From: Kiritimatiella glycovorans
GTDB lineage: Bacteria; Verrucomicrobiota; Kiritimatiellia; Kiritimatiellales; Kiritimatiellaceae
Direction of reading: 5' to 3'
Assembly: GCF_001017655.1 (NCBI RefSeq)
Contig: NZ_CP010904.1
Span: forward strand, 1,260,001-1,292,000
Length of the DNA stretch: 32,000 nucleotides
Part shown: positions 23,462 through 30,882 of the stretch, piece after piece
How positions within the stretch are numbered: the stretch's first letter is position 1
How the letters are laid out: each line of letters opens with the position of its first letter
Notes under the pieces: generated by a model
Seen by the model: only the letters and a program-made list of their open reading frames with translations
The model's database searches: none
Told to the model about the DNA's origin: nothing
Made by a program: the position numbers and the translations under genes

Positions 23462-23923
23462 TCAGCCGCGGCGGCAGCGCGAGCACCGGCCCAGTACCAG
23501 GACCCGCCACGCCCGCTGCTCGAAATCGTGGCGGCGGCAAAGATCTTCGATCAGCGCGCCGAACGCCTCTCCCCCCACTTCGATATAGGCTCCGCACACC
23601 TCGCACTTCAGGTGTTCGTGTCGCGGCCGCTTGAAGATGTGCTCGTAGTGGGCGTGGGCCTCGGAGTCGACGATCTTGCGCACGAATCCGGATTCCAGCA
23701 GAAGATCCAGCGAGCGGTAGACGGTACCGCGGCTCACCCTGCCCTCCCCCCGTGCCAGCGCCGCCGCCAGTTCATCGGCCGAAAAATGATCGTCGCGCGC
23801 CAGCACCCCGGCAAAGACTTTCTTGCGGGCCTCCGTCACGCGAAACCCGCGCGAATGCAGGTGGCGGACAAATTCCTCCAGCGCCTCTTCACGCCAGTGC
23901 CCGTTGACCGTCGTCCGGCTCAT
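23462..23923 (-). CDS. Fur-family metalloregulator (Fur/Zur/PerR subtype unresolved)
   Basis: 153-aa ORF with a winged-helix region (RVTEARKKVFAGV...GTVYRSLDLLLESGFV), HYEH, and CxxC...CxxC (CEVCG, CSRC). The start overlaps the upstream gene's stop (ATGA at 23923-23920). Confidence 0.88.
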   Translation of the reverse strand: MSRTTVNGHWREEALEEFVRHLHSRGFRVTEARKKVFAGVLARDDHFSADELAAALARGEGRVSRGTVYRSLDLLLESGFVRKIVDSEAHAHYEHIFKRPRHEHLKCEVCGAYIEVGGEAFGALIEDLCRRHDFEQRAWRVLVLGRCSRCRRG

Positions 23924-24372
23924 CCCGCCACCGCATGGACCGCAAGGGCTGCAATGATGCCGGTGACCATGCCGATAAACACTTCAACCGGAGTGTGTCC
24001 GAGGAGTTCGGCGAGCTTGTGTTCCGAGAGATGATGTTCGGTGAACAGCTCCTCGACGAGCTGGTTCAGCAGCCGGGCCTGCGTGCCCGCCGCGCGCCGT
24101 ACGCTCTGGGCGTCGAACATCACCACGCCGGCGAACGCCAGGGCCACCGCAAAAAGCGGAGTATCGAATCCCGCACTCAGTCCGACGGAAGCCGCGAGCG
24201 CGCAGACGAAAGCGGAGTGGGCGCTCGGCATGCCGCCGGTGCTCAGGTAGTAGCTCCAGTCCACGCGTCCCGACTTGCCGGTTTCGCGGATCAGTTTGAC
24301 CGTCTGGGCCGCCAGCCAGCCGACGACGGCCGACCAGAGATCGAGATTCTGGAAAATTCCGGCATGATCCAT
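23920..24372 (-). CDS. Divergent PAP2-family membrane protein (DUF212)
   Basis: 150-aa ORF with motifs GGMPSAHSAFVCALA, VVMFDAQSVRRAAG and GHTPVEVFIGMVTG. Confidence 0.82.
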   Translation of the reverse strand: MDHAGIFQNLDLWSAVVGWLAAQTVKLIRETGKSGRVDWSYYLSTGGMPSAHSAFVCALAASVGLSAGFDTPLFAVALAFAGVVMFDAQSVRRAAGTQARLLNQLVEELFTEHHLSEHKLAELLGHTPVEVFIGMVTGIIAALAVHAVAG

Positions 24373-24383
24373 CGCGCTCGCCC

Positions 24384-24650
24384 TCAGGGATGATCGAAGA
24401 CCATCCGCTGAACTTCGACGCCCTCGAGCCCGTTCAACTCATTCATGAACTGAACGACCGACTCCTCGTCGTCGACCATATCGAGGATCAGCACCCCGTT
24501 CGGCACCGTCACCGCCCCGCCGAACTCGTGCAGCCCGAGCCGGGTCTTAATTTTGTGGCCGTAGCGGGTCAGGACCTCCTGTACGGACACGGCGTGCGAG
24601 ACGCGGTCGCTGATGTGAATGCCCATGATCACGTGACGTTCTTCCTTCAT
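24384..24650 (-). CDS. TM1266-like small ACT/NikR-C-like protein (putative iron-only hydrogenase system regulator family)
   Basis: 88-aa ORF. The pattern VIMGIHISDR..AVSVQEVLTRYGHKIKTRLGL......GVLILDMV.DEESVVQFMNELNGLEGVEVQRMVF matches my recollection of TIGR03959-type proteins. Confidence 0.6.
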   Translation of the reverse strand: MKEERHVIMGIHISDRVSHAVSVQEVLTRYGHKIKTRLGLHEFGGAVTVPNGVLILDMVDDEESVVQFMNELNGLEGVEVQRMVFDHP

Positions 24651-24752
24651 TGCTGTCTCCTTTTCCGTGTGAACCGCTCCGGGCTCCCCGTGGTAAACTC
24701 TCCGTGATCCTAACGTCTGCGGGCGCGGGTGACAATCATACCGTGTTCCTCC

Positions 24753-25688
24753 TCAGGGTGCAGGTGCCCGGGGGCGCGTACCGGACTTGCCCTCTTCCGC
24801 GTTATTGTAGAACCGGCGTGTCGGATAGGCGAAATCGACATCGTCGCACTCGGCGAATTTCGAAAGGATCTCCTCCCAGATTTCCGTTTCGGAGCTTCGG
24901 CGGCGGCGCGGGTCCGTCAGGTAACGGATCGTGAGCGTCACCCCGGATTCGTCCACCCTCGTCCAGACGATCGGGGTCAGGTGTTCGAAGAAGATCAGGA
25001 ACTTGCGCGCGGCCGCCCGGATCTGTTCCGCGGCGTATTCGCTGCGGATCGCCGTGTGCGCCTCGGCAATCTTCGCGAGGATTTTCTTGGCGCGGCGCCA
25101 GTCGCTTTCGAACGTGACCATGACCGGGATCTCGTTCCAGATGAAATGGAAGCCCTGCGTGTAGTTGCAGATCGTGTCCGTGAACAGCTTGCCGTTGGGG
25201 ATATGAATGATCCGGCCCGTGCTCTGGTCGGCCTGAACCCAGTTGCCGATCTCCATCAGGCTGAACTGAAACAGACGCTGATCGATCACATCGCCGGCAT
25301 GACCACCGATGGCGACCCGATCGCCCACCGTGAACGGCTGCCGGATCGTGATGAACAGCCACGCCGCGAGATTCGAGAGCGGATCGCGAAGCGCGACGGC
25401 AAGACCCGCCGAGAGGATGCCGAAGTAGGCCGCCAGACCCTGTCCGCCGAGCCAGATCCGCCACAGGATCAGCAGCACGAAGAAACCGATCGCATAGGTG
25501 AGCGTTTTGCGCCCCACGTACCGCTTACCCACGTCCTCCACGCGCCAGCGCATCAGACGGCAGAGGAGGACGTAGGCGAGATAGGCCGCGATCAGGAGGG
25601 CCAGGGTCTCGACCAGCTTGAGCTGCACGGCAGGCGTGAGGCCCGCGTAATTCTCGATGAATTCCGCTATCCGGTAGAGGTGTTCCAT
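24753..25688 (-). CDS. Mechanosensitive ion channel (MscS family)
   Basis: 311-aa ORF with three N-terminal TM helices and the MscS beta-domain motif RQPFTVGDRVAIGGHAGDVIDQRLFQFSLMEI...GRIIHIPNGKL. Confidence 0.88.
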   Translation of the reverse strand: MEHLYRIAEFIENYAGLTPAVQLKLVETLALLIAAYLAYVLLCRLMRWRVEDVGKRYVGRKTLTYAIGFFVLLILWRIWLGGQGLAAYFGILSAGLAVALRDPLSNLAAWLFITIRQPFTVGDRVAIGGHAGDVIDQRLFQFSLMEIGNWVQADQSTGRIIHIPNGKLFTDTICNYTQGFHFIWNEIPVMVTFESDWRRAKKILAKIAEAHTAIRSEYAAEQIRAAARKFLIFFEHLTPIVWTRVDESGVTLTIRYLTDPRRRRSSETEIWEEILSKFAECDDVDFAYPTRRFYNNAEEGKSGTRPRAPAP

Positions 25689-25833
25689 TGGTCTGGATTA
25701 CCCATACCACACCCCCGCTGCGGGATCGATTATTTTCATCTTTTTGACTTGCCATATGCCACTGTACTGGTATCATTACATTCAAAGTCAGGGAGCGGGG
25801 GGCAGATGCCCCTCAAACAAAAAGGAGGTCTCC

Positions 25834-26469
25834 ATGAGAAAAAGTACCCTGAATACAATCACAGCGTCCGCAGTAGCATTGCTGCTGATCGGGCCGGCGG
25901 CTGGCGTGTATGCCGGTTGCGGATCCTGCGGGGGTGGCGAAGGCCACACCCACGAGGAACCCGAAATGAAGTCCTGTTCCTCCGGCAAGGCCGCGTGTCC
26001 GTCCAGTAAGGGCGAGTGCGGAACCGGCGGGAAGGCGTGCGCCGACAAGAGCGAGGCGAAGTGCGCCCAATCCGGTCCGGCCTGCGAAGGGGGCGCATGC
26101 AAGGCGGACTACGGACGCAAAGGTCACCAGGGACAGGCCGAAGCGGACGTGGCTAAGCTCAACACCGCCGCCATGAAGGCGGTAGTGGCCTCGGGCGGGG
26201 CCGTCATACTCGACGCGCGCAGCGGGAAGTACGACGACGGACTGCGGCTGCCAGGCGCGAAGCAGCTCGCTCCGGGCTCGTCCCGGAAGGTCGTCGCCCG
26301 GCACATCCCGAACAAGCAGTCGCTCGTGGTGACGTACTGCAGCAACCTGCAGTGCCCTGCCAGCCACAAGCTGGCCAGGCATCTGCAGAAACTCGGCTAC
26401 GAGAATGTCGTCAAATATCCCCAGGGGATCGAAGGCTGGATCGAAGCCGGAGGCAGGGTCGTCGAATAA
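25834..26469 (+). CDS. Rhodanese-domain lipoprotein with a Cys-rich N-terminal linker
   Basis: Start at MRKST with RBS AAAGGAGG (the ORF track begins 30 codons earlier). Signal peptide plus lipobox-like VYAGC. 10 Cys in ~75 aa. Rhodanese fold region ILDARSG...VVTYCSNLQCPASHKLARHLQKLGYENVVKYPQGIEGW. Confidence 0.78.
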   Translation: MRKSTLNTITASAVALLLIGPAAGVYAGCGSCGGGEGHTHEEPEMKSCSSGKAACPSSKGECGTGGKACADKSEAKCAQSGPACEGGACKADYGRKGHQGQAEADVAKLNTAAMKAVVASGGAVILDARSGKYDDGLRLPGAKQLAPGSSRKVVARHIPNKQSLVVTYCSNLQCPASHKLARHLQKLGYENVVKYPQGIEGWIEAGGRVVE

Positions 26470-26530
26470 AGCCACGGGAGCTGGCGTCTGAACTCTGAGT
26501 GAAGAATCGGAGGCAGGCGAAACGGCCGAG

Positions 26531-26568
26531 GGGGCTGCGGGAGTCCATGTTCCGCGGCCCCTTTTTTT
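26531..26568 (+). terminator. Rho-independent terminator after the rhodanese gene
   Basis: Stem GGGGCTGCGG (26531-26540) / CCGCGGCCCC (26552-26561), 11-nt loop, T7 at 26562-26568. Confidence 0.75.
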
Positions 26569-26576
26569 GGTTCTTT

Positions 26577-26794
26577 GTGGATTTTGGTGGAACAACTGAA
26601 ATCGTAGCGGCTGGATTAGAAATCCGCTCGCGTCACATCGTACTCGTACTCAGCGAAGCGGTACTCGTACTCGATTTTTTTGAACAGAGGGAGTGGGATC
26701 GCGCCTTCGGCGCTCCGAGTACGAGTAAGAGTACGAATTATGTTCACCCCTTCAAGCCCTTCATGTCCTTCAACGACACCCCACCAAAATCCAC
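26577..26794. repeat. 218-bp composite repeat unit bounded by a perfect 14-bp inverted repeat, enclosing GTAC-hexamer palindrome copy C
   Basis: GTGGATTTTGGTGG (26577-26590) and CCACCAAAATCCAC (26781-26794). The left end (TTTTTTTGGTTCTTTGTGGATTTTGGTGGA) is homologous to 1858-1895. The right end (AATCCACGAATAAC) resembles 1754-1769, 2583-2595 and 6001-6010. Confidence 0.7.
26637..26737. repeat. GTAC-hexamer palindromic hairpin repeat, copy C (101 bp)
   Basis: ATCGTACTCGTACTCAGCGAAGCGGTACTCGTACTCGA...GGGAGTGGGATCGCGCCTTCGGCGCTCCGAGTACGAGTAAGAGTACGAA. The central 38 nt (GGGAGTGGGATCGCGCCTTCGGCGCTCCGAGTAC plus flanking bases) are identical to copy A. Confidence 0.85.
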
Positions 26795-26805
26795 GAATAA
26801 CTTTT

Positions 26806-26985
26806 TTAGCTCTCCGCGCTCCCCTTCCCCATCCAGAAAGGGGCTGTCGCGAACCACAGGACCGTCGCGACGGTCATACAGAGTTTCTGCATCGGCAGCG
26901 TGATCCACCCCGCCCAGAAGAGCGTGGACGGGACCGTCAGGAGAACGAGCGCCAGGATGGAGATAACTTTCAGAACCGTTCTCAT
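26806..26985 (-). CDS. Small two-helix membrane protein translationally coupled to the upstream permease gene
   Basis: 59-aa ORF (MRTVLKVISILALVLLTVPSTLFWAGWITLPMQKLCMTVATVLWFATAPFWMGKGSAES) with high GC3. Its ATG overlaps the permease stop as ATGA (26985-26982). Confidence 0.6.
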   Translation of the reverse strand: MRTVLKVISILALVLLTVPSTLFWAGWITLPMQKLCMTVATVLWFATAPFWMGKGSAES

Positions 26986-28391
26986 GCCGCAGCCTCCCCT
27001 TCCCTTTTCTGCATCATGCGGCTGAGCGCCATATAGAGCACGGCCGCGATGAACCAGCCCGGCAATCCGAGAAAGAAGATTTCGATTCCTGCGCTCAAAT
27101 TCAGGATCAGGCACACGCCCAGGGTAACAAACCAGGTCAGCGCCGGCGCCCAGTAAAAGTTGAGCCCCTTCTTTTCCGCGTAGAATTCGCGCAGGCCCAT
27201 GCGTTTCATCAGGTGATGATCCACAAAGATCACCGCCCCCATCGGCATCAGAACGAGGCCGTAGAGCGCCACGAAGTTGAGCAGCTTCATCACCAGTCCC
27301 GGGAAACATCCGCCGATCGTCGCCATCAGTCCGGCGATCATGGTTACCCTGAAACGCGACCATTTCGGACGCAGCGCCTGGAACGCCAGTCCTGCGCGGT
27401 ATATGGTGGGATTCGCCGTAGTCCATCCGGCGACGACCACGCACAGCAGACCCGCGAAACCCGCAATGTTCCAGGCCATCGGGCCGGGGGCGACCCCCGT
27501 CTGTCCGGGCGTACGCTGAAGCTGCAGCGCGTAGAGCAGCCCGGCGGCGATCCACGCCATGTAGTGTCCCACGTACATGCCGGCCGCGGAGGCGCTCCCG
27601 TACCACCACTTTTTCGCGAAACGCAGGACGGAGAGGTCGGCCATGCCGATATGCATCGCCATATTGCAGAACCAGGCGAAAAACACGACATGCCAGAACG
27701 TGAACGGAGTCTGGCCTTCGACCGGCGCGCCCTTCCAGACCGAGGTCGTCGCCACCCGCCAGAAATCGCGCGGGCTTTCCACGCCCAGTTCCGGCAGCGC
27801 GGCGATGCCGCAGGCGAGAAAGACGAGTACCATCCAGGGCGAGGCGATGTTCGCGAAGCGGGAAACGGAATCATAGCCCTTGGCGGCAACGACCGAGATC
27901 ACCAGCCCTACGGCGAAGACCGCCGCCACCCAGCCCGCGCTGGTGGGGAGCAGGTCGGAGAGTTCCGGCATCGGCATATTGAACGGCATGCCCACCGCCG
28001 TGGCGGAAACGGCGATCATGGCGCCGGCGAGGAAACAGAACATCACGCCGTTGGCCACATTATAGAGATCGACCAGCCGCGGCCCGCAGATCTTTTCGAG
28101 CTGATAATAGAGGGTCATCCGCTTTTTGACCGCGATGGGGGCGGTGAGAAACATCCAGCTCAGGACGGCCAGCAGGTTCCCGAGCAGAAGACCCGTGAGC
28201 ACGTCGAAGGCGCTGACCCCGTGGGCCACGAAGAGCGGGCCGATCATGAACTCGGTTCCGGCCGCGTGCTCCCCGGCGTACATGCCCACGAAACCCGAAA
28301 GACCCTTCAGCCTGTGCGCGGGTACGGGCTCGCGCTCGTACTCCTCGTTCGTCCTGCGCCTGCCGCGCTGCTCCGCCGCTTCCCCGGCCAT
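26982..28391 (-). CDS. Purine-cytosine permease-like transporter (NCS1 family)
   Basis: Polytopic ORF. The N-terminal PVPAHRLKG...GMYAGEHAAGTEF pattern and overall topology resemble CodB-type permeases. Start chosen at MAGEAAEQ (28391), because the longer track ORF would run into the divergent msrB promoter region. Confidence 0.8.
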   Translation of the reverse strand: MAGEAAEQRGRRRTNEEYEREPVPAHRLKGLSGFVGMYAGEHAAGTEFMIGPLFVAHGVSAFDVLTGLLLGNLLAVLSWMFLTAPIAVKKRMTLYYQLEKICGPRLVDLYNVANGVMFCFLAGAMIAVSATAVGMPFNMPMPELSDLLPTSAGWVAAVFAVGLVISVVAAKGYDSVSRFANIASPWMVLVFLACGIAALPELGVESPRDFWRVATTSVWKGAPVEGQTPFTFWHVVFFAWFCNMAMHIGMADLSVLRFAKKWWYGSASAAGMYVGHYMAWIAAGLLYALQLQRTPGQTGVAPGPMAWNIAGFAGLLCVVVAGWTTANPTIYRAGLAFQALRPKWSRFRVTMIAGLMATIGGCFPGLVMKLLNFVALYGLVLMPMGAVIFVDHHLMKRMGLREFYAEKKGLNFYWAPALTWFVTLGVCLILNLSAGIEIFFLGLPGWFIAAVLYMALSRMMQKREGEAAA

Positions 28392-28546
28392 CTTCACGCT
28401 CCATTTCACGTTACGAGATGCTAAAGCCCCGCCCAACCCCGCTTCGGAGAATGTAAGGATTTCATGAATGGGCGACAAGTACGAAGCCGCACACATTGAA
28501 CATCCGGCGGCCAAAACGGTCTACTCATGCAGATAAGGAGACCCAT

Positions 28547-29095
28547 ATGGTGACATTCAAATCTTCGGGTTTGACGGTTTTTGTACTCGCCGCCGCCCTC
28601 CTGCCGGTCGGCTGTGCAGAGGAAGGAGAAAACGCGATGAACCAGGATAAGCGGGGCCCATTCACCTGCACCGACCGCGAGCTGCGCGAACGCCTGACCC
28701 CCGAGCAGTACCGGGTCACGCAGCACGACGGTACGGAGAAGCCGTTCGATAACGCCTACTGGGACCACCACGGGACCGGCCTTTACGTGGACGTCGTCTC
28801 GGGCGAGCCGCTGTTCTGTTCGAAGGACAAGTTCGAATCGGGCACGGGCTGGCCCTCGTTCACCCGGCCCGTGGAACCCGGCGCGGTCGAGACGCGCCGG
28901 GACCGGAAGCTGGGCATGGTACGCACCGAGGTGCGCTCGGCGGACGCGGATTCTCATCTCGGCCACGTCTTCCCGGACGGACCCGGGCCGACGGGCAAGC
29001 GGTACTGCATCAATTCCGCCGCCCTGCGGTTTATCCCTCTGGAGAAGCTCGAGGAAGAGGGATACGGCGAATACCTGAAGTTGTTCCATAGGTAA
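28547..29095 (+). CDS. msrB: Peptide-methionine (R)-S-oxide reductase MsrB with a lipoprotein-type signal peptide
   Basis: RBS AAGGAGA. N-terminus [23 protein letters not shown] (lipobox-like). MsrB motifs: [57 protein letters not shown]. Confidence 0.9.
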   Translation: MVTFKSSGLTVFVLAAALLPVGCAEEGENAMNQDKRGPFTCTDRELRERLTPEQYRVTQHDGTEKPFDNAYWDHHGTGLYVDVVSGEPLFCSKDKFESGTGWPSFTRPVEPGAVETRRDRKLGMVRTEVRSADADSHLGHVFPDGPGPTGKRYCINSAALRFIPLEKLEEEGYGEYLKLFHR

Positions 29096-29822
29096 CTCGC
29101 CACAGCACCAGTCCGTGGCCGGGGGCGGTGGGTACCTCGGCGGTGCGTTCGGCGGACTCGAGCACGGGCTTCACGTCGTCCGGCCTGCGCTCGCCGGTGC
29201 CGATGCGGATGAGGTAGCCCGCCAGGCTGCGGACCATCTTGTATAGAAAACCGTCGCCGCGCACGGCGATCGTGGTCTCGTGCCCGTGGCGGCGGATGCG
29301 CAGCGAGTCGATAGTCCGCACGGGATTCTCGACGGTTTTTTTGGGCCAGGCGGCGAAGGCGGTGAAATCGTGGCGGCCTATCAGCGCAGCGGCGCCCTGC
29401 TCCATCGCCTCGACATCCAGTCGCCGGGGTACATGGTGGTGGGTATGGCGGCGGTGCGGAGGCAGAACCGGTCCGTCCCAGATGAAATAGCGATACTCCT
29501 TGCCCGTGGCGTCATAGCGTGCATGGAAACCGGACGGCACGCGTCTGGTCTTCATTACACGCACGTCGGGCGGCAGAAAGGCGTTGAGCGCGTTGCGGAT
29601 ATCCGCCGCTTCCATCGTACGCGGCGCATCGAAGTGGACCGACTGCCCCCGCGCATGCACTCCCGTGTCCGTCCGACCGCTGGCGTGTACCCGCGGCCGT
29701 GCACCGAAAAGGCGCTCGAGCGCGTCCTCGAGCGTCTGCTGCACCGTCCGGTGGTGCGGCTGAACCTGCCAGCCGTAATACGCCGTGCCGTCGTAGGCGA
29801 TGATCATGTGATAACGGGTCAT
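29031..29822 (-). CDS. truA: tRNA pseudouridine(38-40) synthase TruA
   Basis: 263-aa ORF with motifs [33 protein letters not shown] and [11 protein letters not shown]. The last ~21 codons plus the stop overlap the 3' end of msrB on the opposite strand. Confidence 0.9.
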   Translation of the reverse strand: MTRYHMIIAYDGTAYYGWQVQPHHRTVQQTLEDALERLFGARPRVHASGRTDTGVHARGQSVHFDAPRTMEAADIRNALNAFLPPDVRVMKTRRVPSGFHARYDATGKEYRYFIWDGPVLPPHRRHTHHHVPRRLDVEAMEQGAAALIGRHDFTAFAAWPKKTVENPVRTIDSLRIRRHGHETTIAVRGDGFLYKMVRSLAGYLIRIGTGERRPDDVKPVLESAERTAEVPTAPGHGLVLWRVTYGTTSGIRRIPLPRASPEG

Positions 29823-30012
29823 GACTGACGGATGGCGGCGCGCCCGGAGAGCACGCCCTGCCCTTTCGTTTCTATGTGCCGCGCGCTCGGGGATCGCGCC
29901 CTGCCTCAGGATTCAGGTCTCCGCCTTCTCACTCATCATCCCTTTCATTCGCGACCTTGACCCCGGGATATGCGTCCACTACTCTTTCGCGCTCATCTTT
30001 ACGGAGCTAAGC

Positions 30013-30882
30013 ATGAATAAGGTTATCGCGAAAGAACAGCTTGCGGAAGAAGTCTATCGGATGCGGGTGCACGCGCCGCTGATCGCGGAGGAGCGCCGTC
30101 CGGGCCAGTTCGTGATCGTGCAGCAGGACACCGACTACGGTGAACGGATACCGCTGACGATTGCCGACGCGGACACGGACGAGGGGAGCATTACGCTGAT
30201 CTTCCAGTCGGTCGGAAAGTCGACGCACAAACTCGCGGAGCTGGAGCCCGGCGACGCGATCAACAACGTGGTCGGCCCGCTCGGCAAACCCACGCATATC
30301 GAAAACTTCGGCACGGCGGTCTGCGTGGGCGGCGGGATCGGCGCCGCGCCGCTCTACCCCATCGCGCAGGCGCTGAAAGAGGCGGGCAACCATCTGACCG
30401 TCATTATCGGTGCGCGCAACGCGGAACTGATGATCCTCGAGGACGAGATGCGCGCGATCGCCGATGAACTGATCGTCTGCACGGACGACGGATCGCACGG
30501 GCGCAAGGCGCTGGTGACGGAGCCGTTGAAAGAAGTCTGCGAACGCGACCCGCGCCCGGACCTGGCTGTCGCCATCGGCCCGCCGGTCATGATGAAGTTC
30601 TGCGCCGGGACGACCCGGCCCTACGAGGTGCCCACCGTGGTCTCGCTCAATACGATCATGATCGACGGCACCGGGATGTGCGGAGGATGCCGGGTGACCG
30701 TCGGCGGCGAGACGCGGTTCGTCTGCGTGGACGGCCCGGAGTTCGACGGCCACCAGGTCGATTTCGATAATATGATCCAGCGGCTGGGCACCTATAAGCC
30801 GCTGGAGGACGATGAACACGAGCAATGCCATCTCGAGATGGCGGCGCGCGACAAAGAGCAAAGCCGGAACGAATCCTCATGA
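30013..30882 (+). CDS. nfnA: NfnA-like ferredoxin-NADP(+) reductase small subunit (PyrK/sulfide dehydrogenase beta-like, FAD/NAD-binding with C-terminal 2Fe-2S motif)
   Basis: Start at MNKVIAKE (ATG 30013). Motifs: PGQFVIV, RIPLTIAD, CVGGGIGAAPLYPIAQALK, IDGTGMCGGCRV. The stop overlaps the next gene's start (ATGA at 30879-30882). Confidence 0.8.
   Translation: MNKVIAKEQLAEEVYRMRVHAPLIAEERRPGQFVIVQQDTDYGERIPLTIADADTDEGSITLIFQSVGKSTHKLAELEPGDAINNVVGPLGKPTHIENFGTAVCVGGGIGAAPLYPIAQALKEAGNHLTVIIGARNAELMILEDEMRAIADELIVCTDDGSHGRKALVTEPLKEVCERDPRPDLAVAIGPPVMMKFCAGTTRPYEVPTVVSLNTIMIDGTGMCGGCRVTVGGETRFVCVDGPEFDGHQVDFDNMIQRLGTYKPLEDDEHEQCHLEMAARDKEQSRNESS

Noticed and set aside
24729-26009. 426-aa plus-strand ORF (also 25813-26595 minus, 260 aa)
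   Set aside because: Antisense to the MscS gene and to the rhodanese gene respectively. Both called genes have clear family motifs and ribosome-binding sites.
27213-28424. 403-aa plus-strand ORF (also 26806-27609 minus, 267 aa, apart from its last 59 codons)
   Set aside because: Antisense to, or out of frame with, the NCS1 permease gene. Only the terminal 59 codons of the 267-aa ORF are retained, as a separate small gene.
28392-28546. Possible TPP riboswitch upstream of the NCS1 permease (if it were a CytX-like HMP transporter)
   Set aside because: The minus-strand leader lacks the CTGAGA and ACCTGATCTGGATAATGCCAGCG-type TPP motifs.
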